A stretch of 64,000 nt of DNA, taken from Balanoglossus misakiensis. Taxonomy: Eukaryota; Animalia; Hemichordata. Position numbers and translations under genes: made by a program. Shown one piece after another: positions 1-13,439 of the stretch (positions are counted from its first letter, which is position 1; each line of letters starts with the position of its first letter). The stretch lies in NCBI GenBank assembly GCA_040954595.2, contig CM082589.2, forward strand, positions 10,986,894 to 11,050,893. The letters run 5' to 3'. The notes beneath the pieces were generated by a model. The model was given only the letters and a program-made list of their open reading frames with translations, was not told the origin of the DNA and did no database searches.

Positions 1-879
1 AGACTGTAACAAAACTCGATTTCATGACCCAAAGTTTGATTTTATGTGTTTTTGGTTTGGACGTGGCAAAGACATGTAAATTCCGACCACCTATACACCA
101 TCCATACATGTATGAATCGACATCATTTATTGCACGAGAGACTTCAAGCAAGCATTCCATCATCGCAAAAGGACAAAGAGAGAGCGACTTTGTCTCTTTA
201 AATTAATTTAGCAAGTTCAAAGTGAATGCCCACATGAAAACCTTTACTCAGCAATTTTTTTTGTAATTAATAAAACTAGGTTTGGTATGTTTTTGCGCTT
301 GTTTTATTTTCCTTTTGTCTATAAATAGTCGTATATTTTAAAACAGCTAAAATGAGTCAAATGGGGCATTTTTCCATCCCACCTCATCCTAGCTAAGAGC
401 TTCAGTGCCGGTCACCTCCACAAAATTAATTTACCACGAACAAATTGAAATACAGCCAATCGGAAAAAGTGCGCCACCACATGGTCATTTGAAGACTTTT
501 ATGCTCTCTTCTGGCCGTAAACGCATGTGATCTGGAATAAATCGAACATCGATCGTGTTTTATTTATTTTCACCACCAGCGAAAATCTACGACGGCCCAA
601 CCGCAGATTATTGCTGCTCCATACAACAACCGGCTTAAACTGTTCTGTGCATGTGTTTTGTGTTCTGGTGGCGTTTGCGGGTCTGAGACGTCATTTGTAG
701 AAGGCCCTATTCGTTTTCTACCAATAACTTTTACCAACCATGCTAGAACTATTTCGTTTTCTTTGACGACGCTTGACACTTTTCTTGCTTTGTTGTTAGT
801 ACATGTAGTTTGTTTGTTCGTTACGTCTGTTACTGGGGTTCTTCACTTGTAGTCTGGTTACACTATGAGATAGGTGCCG

Positions 880-2150
880 TTAATCAGAATTTTTGGTAAG
901 GAAGGTTTGAGAAGTCCATTCTATGTAAAAAATGGTGCTCATTCCAAAAAAGTCAGTCTTATTAACCCCACTCAAGACAAAATTGCCATTTTGGCCATTT
1001 TTAACCCCAAAATGGTCTTTTTTAGAAAACACTAAAAACACATTGTTTTCGTCACATTCTGAGATCTGATAACATATGATATGCTTATTCTATGTAAAAT
1101 TTGGTGAATATTACGAAAAAAGTAGTTCGATTGACCCAAAAAAACAGAAAATTGCCTTTTTGACCAATTTTTGCCCCAAAAACGTCATTTTTAGAAAAAA
1201 AATAAAACACACGGTTTTCTTCATAATGATTGATCTGGTGATATATGGAAAGTCAATTCTATGTTAAAAGTGGTGACTTTAAAAAATAAAGCAGTCTTTT
1301 TGACCTCAATCAATACAAAAATGCCATTTTTGGCCACTTTTTGTGGTCAAAAAAGGTCATTTTTACAAAAAAACTAAAAATAAATTGTGTTTATCATATT
1401 CAGAGATCATTGGATATATGAAATGTCCATTCTATGTAAAAAATGGTGCTGATTCCAGAAATAGCAGTCTTATTGACCCTACTCAAGAAAAAATGCCATT
1501 TTTGCCACTTTTTGCCCCAAAACGTCATTTTCAGAAAACACACAAAATTTATATATTTTCTTCACTTTCGGAGATCTGATAATGTATTATATGCCCACCC
1601 TATGTAAAATCTGGTGATTATTCGAAAAAAGCAGATTTATTGACCCAACCTAATGCAAAAATGCCCTTTTGGAAAGTTTTTGCCCAAAAAGGCCATTTTT
1701 AGAAAAAAAATTAAAAACAAACTTTTCTTCATAAAGCTCAGAGATCATGTTATATATGAAATGTTCATCCTATGTAAAAAATGGTGCTGATTCCAGAAAT
1801 AGCAGTCTTATTGATCCTACTCAAGAAAAAATGCCATTTTGCCACTTTTTGCCCCCAAAACGTCATTTTCAGAAAACACTCAAAATTTATATATTTTCTT
1901 CACTTTCGGAGATCTGATAATGAATTATATGCCCACTGTATGTGAAAAGTTTCCAAAAAAGCAGTTTTATTGATGCCACTCAAGATAAAAGTGCCTTTTT
2001 GGCAAGTTTTTGCCCAAAAAGTGTCATTTCTAGAAAATACGAAAATTATGCCATTTTCTTCCCATTGGTGATCAAATGATAAATAAAAGTACTAAAAAAC
2101 CCACTCTTACTGACCCCACTGAGGGAAAAAAATATCATTTTGGCCTCTTT
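880..2150. repeat. Degenerate ~170-bp tandem repeat, about 7-8 units with alternating (dimeric ~340-bp) character
   Basis: The CTATGTAAAA-like anchor recurs at ~921, 1090, 1259, 1432, 1600, 1770 and 1938. Units at 1432/1770 are near-identical, as are 1600/1938. Confidence 0.8.
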
Positions 2151-2924
2151 GCTCAAAAAGGTAACTGTTAGAAAAAATAAATACAAACTTATTCCTTTAT
2201 ATTCAGAGCCCTTGTGATGTATGTAAATTCGTTTTTTGTGTGTGTGTGTGTGCAAAAAATATGCTGATACCAGCACAACGGTCTTATTGAGACACCCCGC
2301 TCAGTACAAAATTGCCATTTAGCCATCTTTTGGTCAACAATAGGCATTTTCAGAAAACAAATATAATTGATGTTATATCGTGGCGGCTGTCCGGCTCCTG
2401 CAAACGCAGCGTACTGAGACACGAATGGGTTCGGGTATGACATCTGCTGGAAGTGTTGCTGGTATGCTGCGGCTGGATAGGGTGGGGATTGTTGGTTCGC
2501 AGAAGCTACAGGCTGGGGTGTGTTTGTGCTTGTGCTTGTTGTGGCAGTATCAGCAGAGGTTGCTATGCTTTTCTTTGTCTCTTCCTGTGGAGGATAAAAA
2601 GAACACAGTGTTTTTGCAAAGGTCGGGGAACACTGGTAATGGATTTGGGAACCCCGTTAATATTCCTATAACCTCCTAATATAACCACATTGATACACCC
2701 AGGGGAACCCAGGTAAAATGACTGGGGAACTCTGGTAGACTGCCTGACCACTGTGACATTGGCCTTGTTCTGTTGTTTTAATTCGGAGTGACTGGGGTAC
2801 TCCGGTAGATTTTATCTAGGTACCGCCCTTAACAAAAACACTAGAACAGAATTACAATTTGGAAGGCATGAGAGGCAAATACCATTTAAGGATGTACACG
2901 CACAACATAAACTGATAAACAGTG

Positions 2925-3800
2925 CATGTGTGTCTGTTCCTGAAAGGATTACATCGATAATTGCCAGAAAACAAACTTCTACTATTGTCTTTTTCACGAA
3001 ATTTTACACATAGCTCAGTCAAGTAAACGTAAATTCATTGGTCAAAAAAAATTATGTGGTCACCAAGCTCTATTATGAGATAAATTGCGTTAAAATCTTC
3101 GCCCATAGACAAACCATTGGTGAAAAATGCTGAGACAGCAAATTTCTTCTATTATCAACTAAATTCATGGCTCTGTATTTTTTTTAAAAAGGGCAATGAC
3201 CCCTACAATTTTTAACGGATTCTCATTATACATACACAGCATAATCCAAAAATCCACAATTAAAAGAATGACAATACTTTCAACGTGTATAATACCAGCA
3301 TACACCTGTTTCAAGTCCAGTGTCCTAATACACCATCATCATGAATTGGAACTCAAAGCAAGGCCAATGAGCAAACCCAGATTGACAACTCATTACACCA
3401 GCAAAGTGGTTTCTTTATGGAAGTGGTGGTACCAATAAATACTTTATTCAAGGTAAGAATTTCTTATTGTAGCAGTATTTTCATTTCCATTCATGTTTTA
3501 AAGGCCTTTTTTGTAGATTCTGAGTTTCTATGCCAGACAAAGTATGATTATTTTTCCACTAATGCAGCCTGAATTAAAGTCAACATTTTTCACCATAGGT
3601 CTTTCTATGTTATTTTTCTATAGGCATGGACACATTTAAGTTTATCTCAAAACTGAGCACAGTGGTGAGCCTACAACTTATATGAATCACTCAATTTAAT
3701 TTCATTTGGATGAGTTATGAGTGAAACTTCTTAAAATTACAATAGTAGAAAAGGGTTTTCTATCAATTCTTAATGTTATCCTATGGGAAGAAACACATTC
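2925..3800. mobile_element. Pair of inverted, diverged copies of a dispersed repeat (possible old foldback MITE)
   Basis: 2925-3150 (CTTCTACTATTGTC..AAATTTTACACATAGCT..GAGATAAA) is loosely the reverse complement of ~3560-3800 (TTTATCTCAAAA..ACAATAGTAGAA..CCTATGGGAAGAAACACA). A third copy lies at ~41480-41710. Confidence 0.55.
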
Positions 3801-4921
3801 CATGAGCTCATACATGTAGTGTGTGCCATTCTTAACCCTTTCAGTATTATATGAATCAGATATAGAAGCTTGTTCAACGTCCCGTTGCGGCCAAGCCAAT
3901 CAGATTGCACGTTATGTCAATCAAAACTGAAGGATACCTAAAGTTCTCTATAAGGCACCGTCTGATTGGTTTACTAGAGTTTTCAACGGGAGCTTCTATG
4001 GGAGTTGGTCAGATGTAGTGTGAGGCGACAGTATAAGAATACCGTACTGCGAAGTAAAAGACGTCGCCGTACCCTACATCTGATTTTAATCAGATTGTAT
4101 GCACACATAAGCTGGTTTAGAATACTGATAAACCCTGATGAAACAATCTCAGTAAAATATATACAGATGAGAATGAGAATGCAGTTAAAGTTAAATATAC
4201 ATTCGTTGTATCTTTTGGCTTTATTTCCAGTATTTTTGTTCTATGTAGCAAATGCGATTTCATGTTCTACTCCACACAGATTGTTACTTGTCAGCACAGA
4301 ATGTATGTGTATAATGGCCATTGTCATTGTTGACAATAATTCATGGATTCTAGTCTGGACTTAAATTCCAATTTGGCACAATAACAATGCTGACCATACA
4401 CATATATGTTTCATCATGTTTCGGGAATTTGCACAAGAAACTGCTAAACAAAGATACTGAAAACATAGGAAAAAGGTAAAGGTAATGGAGCTTTAATTAC
4501 AATTCACACTGTATACAAAATCCATGTAAAAATTCAAAATACTGGATTTGTCAGCTTCAACTGATATGGGGGTCACACAAGAAATTGCTAAAACGTCTCA
4601 GATCAAATACTGGCATAAATTATTATTGGTGAATGGTTTAAGTGGTCCTGAATCTTCTCAGATTTGAGACACGTCTCTTACCAGGTTCACACAGGGTAAA
4701 ATTTGAGACACTATTAGTCTATGGTAAACACAGAGCGTTAATACTTTGGGGGGGGGGGGGTTAGCTGGGCAGGCCCGCCCTCCTTTATTTTTTGCCACCC
4801 TGCTATCTTACGCGCCGCCCTGCTTTCTTTTCATTCCCGCCTTGGTAAATATTTATTGTTTCTGGTGCACGCTCCCGCATGCGGCTGGCATTTGAGAGAA
4901 TGATATTTATTCAGTTTAGGG

Positions 4922-6011
4922 ATGTTTTGTCGCCTTTGTACAAAACACAAGCAGAAGGCCAAGTGCGGAGGGACTTGGGTTACAACATCTCCATGTACAT
5001 GTACCACCCTTCGCGAAGACAAACTCAAGCAGCATGAAGAGACGATTATCGACCGGGCGGCAATGCAGCTTGACGCCGAGGCAGCAGTTATCGAGAACAG
5101 CAGCGGTCTTGTGGCTGCATTTGACAAGGTCATCACCTTTGAGACGCAAGCCTTCATGCATCGGCGTCCTACGATGCATGTATTTTCTCATGCACAGAGA
5201 ATTGCCGCACACCACCAACTTCATCCATGTTTTGGAATTGGCAAAGTCCCTCGGGTGTTCATTCCTTGGTACTCTCAGCAGTGATGACCACAACTATAAT
5301 GGTTTATTGCATTGGTAAGTAGGTCTACTGATTTTTGTGCAGATCTAAATTGTAGGCAATGTAGTAACATTTATTTAAACCTGGTTGTTTTCAAGAAAGG
5401 ATCACTGTTTAAGCAATAGTGTTACACTCAATAAAGAATAATTACTGTACAAATTACTGTGAATTTTGATAAGTTTAATCTGAAGAGTAATTTTCATTTA
5501 TTTCATTTTTCAGGCAAAGTCATCCTTGATGAGATTTTAGAGAAGATGAAAGGAAGTAACTTCTATTCACTGTTAATAGATGAAAACAACTGATGTGGCT
5601 GTATTGAAGCAATTAATCATCTATTCCAGGTACACCTTGAAGTCTGGGAAGTCAGTTGTGTCTTTCCTTGGAGTTAAAGAAGTAAGTGGAAAGTTTTTCA
5701 ATTTTTAAGTCTACACTGAATTAAAAACATACGATTAAACATGTTTTTGAGTGACCTCATTTAATTGATTTTGCTGACTAGTTATTTCAGGTGAGACAAA
5801 CATTGAGTTATACATTGCATGTGTTAACATCAAGGTTTTATTTTCACTTTTTTAGGTTGGTGATGGCAGAGCAGACACCATTGCACAGTCAGTGAAAGAG
5901 TTTTCTTCAGAGAATGGTATTGTCTTAAGAGATCGTCTGTCTGCTTTGGGCAGTGATGGTGCTCCTGTTATGCTAGGACAGAAAGGAGGGGTGGCTACCA
6001 AACTAAAAGAA
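4922..6011 (+). pseudogene. Spliced hAT-superfamily transposase (ZNF862/C17orf113-like) pseudogene, 3'-truncated
   Basis: Exon ~4922-5314: MFCRLCTKH zinc-finger-like start, frameshift into MYFLMHRELPHTTNF, donor GTAAGT at 5315. Exon 5514-5681: FYSLLIDE/TTDVAVLKQLIIYSRY with a +1 frameshift, donor GTAAGT at 5682. Exon 5856-6011: VGDGRADTIA..ALGSDGAPVMLGQKGGVATKLKE, donor GTGAGT at 6012. The DE-x-TD and DGA-x2-M-x-G motifs are typical of hAT catalytic aspartates. Confidence 0.8.
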
Positions 6012-9000
6012 GTGAGTGAAATTTTGAGTTGTGAAGACATTGTGATTTTGTAAGTTTTTAGTTGGTGTCTTTATATCGTGACAATAATAATAGTAATAAT
6101 TAAAGCTGCAAGCAGCATTGTCCGGGCCCAAGCTCTATTATCTGATCTGCACATAATTAATGAGTAGAAACATAATGCTGTGTTTTATCCCATGACATAT
6201 CAAGGTTATATCTATGTTTGGTGCTGATATTGGGTTAAGTAGGTCAAAGGTCATCTGAGGTCACCCAACATTTGGGCAGAAAATTTTGACCCATAGTGGT
6301 GCATGTCCAACAAAAACCAGACCTCTAGCCCTTTTGGTAAGCCCGGAATTAGATATGCACATAAATAATGGGTTAAGCAGGTGTCATAGGTGACCCAAAA
6401 CTTTGGATTTTCATTATGGCCCCATACCTCCAAACGCCAAGGCTGTATCTGCGGTGGATGTCAAGTTATGCAAAAGTAGGTCAAAGGTCACCCGAGGTCA
6501 CCCAACATTTGGGCAAAATATTTTGACCCCATACTGGTCCATGTATAACAAAAACAAAACCTCTAGGTCTATTGGTTCATCATTAATTAGGTATGCGCAT
6601 ATTTAATGAGGTCACCAGAGGTCAAAGGGGTCATGAAAAGTAGCAAAATGTTTTGATCACATACAAATCCACATACATCAAAAACCAAACTTATAGCCCT
6701 ATTGGTTAGCCTGGAATTAGATATGCAGAAAAATGATTCGTCAAAAGTAGGTCAAAGGTCATTGCCAAAATTACAAAATATTTATAGCTTATTCTTGTCA
6801 TATGATGATTCATATCCATAAAAAGAATTTCTGTGCTATCAATTTTTAGGCTAGAAAAGGAATTTTTACTTTTTAATCGTTTTTCACAAAATCCAATATG
6901 GCTGCCATAATCTTCAACCAATCACATTCCCCTTCGCAAACTTGATAGACATCCGTTTAATGACCACACACACCAAATCTTGTGACTCGGTTATCGCCCT
7001 TTCTGGAGGAGAAGATTTTTGAAGTTTTACTATAGTTTTTCGAAAATTCAATATGGCCGCCATAATCTTTGACCAATCACAATGATCTTTGCAAACTTGA
7101 TAGACATCAGTTAGGTGACCACATAACCCAAACGGCGTGACTCGGTTATCGCCGGTTCTGGAGAAGAAGATTTTTGAAATTTTGACCAGATTTCAGAAAA
7201 ACAACTGTAGCAAAAAAACTGCAACATTGACAGCAAAATATCCAATTACAAAAATGATGGGCAGAGGGTATACTACCAGCACGCCAAATCTGAAGTCGAT
7301 CTGACTTGTAGTTTCTGAGATCTGAGATTTGCATTTTTTCAGAAAATCCAATATGGCCGCCATGTCACGTGACTAATTAAGTATTCACAAGTCACTGCAC
7401 ATCTACTCATTGACCTTGACCACTGTAGTAAGTTTGAGAACTGTACCTGCAGCGGTGTCTGAGATCTAGAGCGCGAAAGAAATGAACCAAGAATAAAGAA
7501 AGAATTAAAGCTGCAAGCAGCATTGTCCGGGCCCAAGCTCTATTATCTGATCTGATTATTAGATATGCACATAATTAATGAGTTGAAACATAATGCTGTG
7601 TTTTATCCCCATGAAATATCAAGGTTATATGTATGTTTGTTGTTGATATAGTGTTAAGTAGGTCAAAGGTCACCCAGAGGTCACCCACAATTTGGGCAGA
7701 AAATTTTGACCAACAGTGGTCCATGTCCAACAAAAACCAGACCTCTAGCCCTTTTGGTTAGCCCGGAATTAGGTATGCACATAAATAATGCGTAAAGCAG
7801 GTGTCACAGGTGACCCAAAACTTTGGCTTTTCATTATGGTCCCATACCTCCAAATGTCAAGGCTGTACCTGCTTTGGATGCCGATATATGCAAAAGTAGG
7901 TCAAGGTCATCTGAGGTCATCCAAAATTTGGGCAGAAAATTTTGACCCATAGTGGTCCATGTCAAACAAAAACCGGACATCTAGCCCTTTTGGTTAGCCC
8001 GGAATTAGGTATGCACATAAATAATGAGTAAAGCAGGTGTCACAGGTGACTCAAAACTTTGGCTTTTCATTATGGCCCCATACCTCCAAACGCCAAGGCT
8101 GTATCTGGTGTGGATGTCGAGATATGCAAAAGTAGGTCAAAGGTCACCCGAGGTCACCCAACATTTGGGCAAAATATTTTGACCCCATACTGGTCCATGT
8201 ATAACAAAAACAAAACCTCTAGGTCTATTGGTTCATCATTAATTAGGTATGCGCATATTTAATGAGGTCACCAGAGGTCAAAGGGGTCATGAAAAGTAGC
8301 AAAATTTTTTGATCACATACAAATCCACATACATCAAAAACCAAACTTATAGCCCCATTGGTTAGCCAGGAATTAGATATGCAGAAAAATGATTCGTCAA
8401 AAGTAGGTCAAAGGTCATTGCCAAAATTACCAAAATATTTATAGCTTATTCTTGTCATATGATGATTCATATCCATAAAAAGAATTTCTGTGCTATCAAT
8501 GTTTAGGCTAGAAAAGGAATTTTTACTTTTTAATCGTTTTTCACAAAATCCAATATGGCCGCCATAATCTTCGACCAATCACATTCCCCTTCGCAAACTT
8601 GATAGACATCTGTTTAATGACCACACACACCAAATCTTGTGACTCGGTTATCGCCCGTTCTGGAGAAGAAGATTTTTGAAGTTTTACTATGGTTTTTCGA
8701 AAATCCAATATGGCCGCCATAATCTTCGACCAATCACAATGATCTTCGCAAACTTGATAGACATCAGTTAGGTGACCACATACCCCAAACGGCGTGACTC
8801 GGTTATTGCCGGTTCTGGAGAAGAAGATTTTTGAAATTTTGACCAGATTTCAGAAAAACAACTGTAGCAAAAAAACTGCAACATTGACAGCAAAATATCC
8901 AATTACAAAAATGATGGGCAGAGGGTATACTACCAGCACACCAAATCTGAAGTCGATCTGACTTGTAGTTTCTGAGATCTGAGATTTGCATTTTTTCAGA

Positions 9001-11337
9001 AAATCAAATATGGCCGCCATGTCACGTGACTAATTAAGTATTCACAAGTCACTGCACATCTACTCATTGACGTTGACCACTGTAGCAAGTTTGAGAACTG
9101 TACCTGCAGCAGTGTCTGAGATCTAGAGCGCGAAAGAAATGAACCAAGAATAAAGAAAGAATGAAAGCTGCAAGCAGCATTGTCCGGGCCCAAGCTCTAT
9201 TATCTGATCTGATGCTAATATAGTGTTAAGTAGGTCAAAGGTCACCCGAGGTCACCCAACATTTGGGCAAAATATTTTGACCACATACTGGTCCATGTAT
9301 AACAAAAACAAAACCTCTAGGTCTATTGGTTCATCATTAATTAGGTATGCGCATATTTAATGAGGTCACCAGAGGTCAAAGGGGTCATGAAAAGTAGCAA
9401 AATGTTTTGATCACATACAAATCCACATACATCAAAAACCAAACTTATAGCCCTATTGGTTAGCCTGGAATTAGATATGCAGAAAAATGATTCGTCAAAA
9501 GTAGGTCAAAGGTCATTGCCAAAATTACAAAAATATTTATAGCTTATTCTTGTCATATGATGATTCATATCCATAAAAAGAATTTCTGTGCTATCAATTT
9601 TTAGGCTAGAAAAGGAATTTTTACTTTTTAATCGTTTTTCACAAAATCCAATATGGCCGCCATAATCTTCAACCAATCACATTTCCCTTCGCAAACTTGA
9701 TAGACATCCGTTTAATGACCACACACACCAAATCTTGTGACTCGGTTATCGCCTGTTCTGGAGGAGAAGATTTTTGAAGTTTTACTATGGTTTTTCGAAA
9801 ATCCAATATGGCCGCCATAATCTTCGACCAATCACAATGATCTTCGCAAACTTGATAGACATCAGTTAGGTGACCACATACCCCAAACGGCGTGACTCGG
9901 TTATCGCTGGTTCTGGAGAAGAAGATTTTTGAAATTTTGACCAGATTTCAGAAAAACAACTGTAGCAAAAAAACTGCAACATTGACAGCAAAATATCCAA
10001 TTACAAAAATAATGGGCAGAGGGTATACTACCAGCACACCAAATCTGAAGTCGATCTGACTTGTAGTTTCTGAGATCTGAGATTTGCATTTTTTCAGAAA
10101 ATCCAATATGGCCACCATGTCACGTGACTAATTAGGTATTCACAAGTCACTGCACATCTACTCATTGACCTTGACTACTGTAGCAAGTTTGAGAACTGTA
10201 CCTGCAGCGGTGTCTGAGATCTAGAGCGCGAAAGAAATGAACCAAGAATAAAGAAAGAAAGAAAGAAAGAATTAAAGCTGCAAGCAGCATTGTCGGGCCC
10301 AAGCGCTGATCCGGAATTATATATGCACAGTATGAATGAGTAGAAACAGAATGCTCTAGCTGGTGTTTTATCTCATGACATTACAAGGACGAATGTATTT
10401 TTGCTGCTGAAATAGAGTAAAATAGGTCACCTGATGTCACCCAAATTTCGGGAAATTTCTTTTTACCCATACTGGTCCATGTCCAACAACAACCAAAGCT
10501 CTATTTGTTCGCCTGTAATTAGGTATGTGCATATTTAATGAGGTCAGCAGGTGTCACAGGTGACCCAAAAATTTGGCTTTACATTCTGGTCCCATCCTGG
10601 CCAATGCCAAGGCTGTATGTGCTCCGGATGCCGAGATCTCTGAAAGTAGGTCAAAAGTCACCCGAGGTCACACAACATTTGGGCAATTTTTTTTGCCCAT
10701 ACTGGTCCATGTCCAACAAAAACCAAACCTCTAGGTCTATTGGTTCGCCTGTAATTTGTATGCACATAATTAATGATGTCAGCAGAGGTCAAAGGGTTCA
10801 TGAAACGTAGCAAAATATTATGATTACACACTAATCCACATGCATCAAAAACCAAACGTCTAGCCCTATAGGTTAGCCTGGAAATAGATATGCAGAAATA
10901 ATAATGTGTGAAAAGTAGGTCAAAGGTCATGTGAAAAATCACCAAAAATTTGTAACATATTTTAGTCATATGACGATTAATATCCATAAAAGAATTTGCA
11001 TGCTATCAATTTTTAGACTAGAAAAAGGAATTTCAATTTTTCACTGCTTTTTACAAAATCCAATATGGCCGCCACATTTCTCGACCAATCACAATGCTCT
11101 TCGCAAACTTGATAGAAATCAGTGTAGTGACCATACTCCCCGAATCTTGCGAATCAGTTATCACCAGTTCTGGAGAAGATTGTTGGAGTTTTACTATGGT
11201 TTTTCAAAAATCCAATATGGCTGCCATAATCTTCGACCAATCACAATGTTCTTGGCAAACTTGGAAAAAATTGTGGCAAAAAAACTGGAACTTTGACAGC
11301 ATAATGTCCAATTGCAAAAATGATGAGCAGAAGGTAG

Positions 11338-11394
11338 ACTACCTGCACGCCAAATTTGAAGTCAATCTGACTTCAAATTTTGCGTGCAGGTAGT
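11338..11394. repeat. 26-bp inverted repeat (hairpin, 5-nt loop, 1 mismatch) at the core/unique-sequence junction
   Basis: ACTACCTGCACGCCAAATTTGAAGTC-AATCT-GACTTCAAATTTTGCGTGCAGGTAGT. Confidence 0.9.
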
Positions 11395-11429
11395 TGAGGG
11401 CGAAATACAAAGTTAGAATGGACACAATA

Positions 11430-11748
11430 TGTGATTGGTTAATTAGTCACTAGTGATGTGTGGATTGGTTGTAAATAGTTGAACATTTTCATCTGAATCA
11501 GTGAAAGTTTTGACAGAGGTATTTGTTTGGCTATAAACATATCTTTAATTAAGTGAACAGATCTGTATATTACATTCGTTAACTGTGAAGAGGATGTAGT
11601 ATAGATATGCCAATATATTGAGCTGTATAAACGGAGTGTTAACCCAACACGTCTATGGGGTATGAATCTGAAAGCAACTTCATCCTACGCACTTGAATCC
11701 GAAAACGAATCTGACTCCAGCAGAGGCGTTGACCTGAATCCGGTGAGT
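11430..11748 (+). promoter_or_regulatory. Candidate promoter and first non-coding exon of the Helentron transcript
   Basis: Two inverted CCAAT boxes (GATTGGTT at ~11433 and ~11463), TATAAA at ~11532, strong donor CG|GTGAGT at 11743. Inference only. Confidence 0.4.
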
Positions 11749-12926
11749 AACACGTTCATACAATTACATGCAGTTTTTAAATGTGGTACGAATGAGAGAA
11801 TCGGTGGTTTGAACGTATAATACTTGGTGATGTTGGTTATGAAGTTGTTGTTTAACCAATGGTAGTGTGATTTTGTTTGTTTGTGAGACGATGGCAGTTT
11901 TGTAAGATGTTTTGTATTTTCGTCTCGAGCGAATTCCAATATGGCGGCTATCGTAACGTGTCGAGATTGCTTACTGTATGTAAAGAATCCATGGTACCGT
12001 AAGCATGCATGTTTTGGCAAATGTTATATATATGTTGAGATGGTGGAGTTTGCTGGATTAAACAGAACAATTAGAGGCTGGGTAAATCAGAGTTTCTAGT
12101 GCGTTCCATTCAAGTTGAAATTACGAGATAAGCTTCTTTTTGCAGTCAATGTACAAATGATTATTTAGACTGGAAAGGGTTTAGGCAAGCGAATCTCGTG
12201 ACCGGAAGTGTTGAATTCGGGCGATCGGTGTGTCATGCGTATGTTACGTACAAGCGTTGGTGAAGTATTATTTCTGTGATGTGTATTTGTAAAGAAAAAT
12301 AAACTGTGTGGTATTTATGAATTGGCTTTTCCAAATACGTAAATACTGCATTTATTTCTGTGAATATTGTATGTTTATGTGATCAAAAGCCCAGGGGTTA
12401 TCATTGTTGTTTTTATCAGTTAATTCGATTTGTTTTTGATAATTGACAGGAATTTTGCTTCAAATATTGAACGATCTGTGTGAGTACAAAACAGAAACAT
12501 TGCTGGATTATTTGACGTTTTAGTTGTTTGTAAAAATGTGGGGACAAGCGGAGAATTGGCCAAATATTTTTGTGACCACTGTCTTTAGTGTGTATGCTTT
12601 CTGGTGACGACAGTTGTGCCAAAACATAGACAATGGAATCTGGCAGGAGCTTGAAAAGAACAGTTGACTTGTTAACATATTTTGATGCCATGAAACTATG
12701 TTGTGGGCAAGACAATTTATGTTATCAATCTGTGGTAACCTGTATGTGCCATTTGTATGGAAACTGTGATCAAGATATGAATTTCTGAATATCACAAGCT
12801 TGGCAGTGAATTCATTGTTAATTGTTATCCTGTTTGTAGGCAATTGTATATTTTCATGTATTAGTTTAAATATAAATGTATTGGTAATTAGTTAATTAAA
12901 CAGTTTTTTTTTAATTTTCTTGACAG

Positions 12927-12952
12927 ATTTTGGCTACCAAAGAGTTTGCAAG
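12927..12952 (+). other. Candidate 26-nt 5'UTR micro-exon
   Basis: Preceded by a polypyrimidine tract and GACAG; followed by AAG|GTGAGT. Confidence 0.5.
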
Positions 12953-13439
12953 GTGAGTGTTGGTGCACAACAGTGCATAGTATCATAGATTAACACACTC
13001 AGGTGTACATTGTGTCAAATGTGAATTAGCCTTTTAAATTATTTGTGGAGGAATTGCTTAGTTCTACTATCAGTCACACTGTGGTTAAATATCAGATAGG
13101 ATGATTGGCCACTGCCATGCACCGGCTGTTAATATATAAAAGCACTAGCCCATTTCTTTGAATTTGTTATTCAGGGGTGACGGAAGAAAAACATATTGTA
13201 ATAGTTCATAGAAATGGTGTTTATTGAATACATCAGAAAGGAAGGGACTTGTATGTGCAGAACAATCATTGTGCTATGTGGTGTTACATGTAAGACCATT
13301 GGATAGTGCCATTTCTTACAACAGTGGCTTCAATAAAACATTGGTATGATGTATGTTTCTTGATATACCTGCCTTGTTATTGAACTTGTATATTAAATTG
13401 CTAAGTGTAAATCAGGTCTAAAACAATCGTTTGTGATTT

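Noticed and set aside
6100-10271. Simple head-to-tail rolling-circle concatemer or satellite
   Set aside because: The units lack their 3' hairpins locally, and the three missing hairpins appear together at 34720-34894.
6251-11393. Recurrent short ORFs (MQISDLRNYK.., MAFHYGPIPP..) in the Helentron cores
   Set aside because: They recur only because the DNA is repeated; mostly non-ATG starts, variable stops and no domain motifs.
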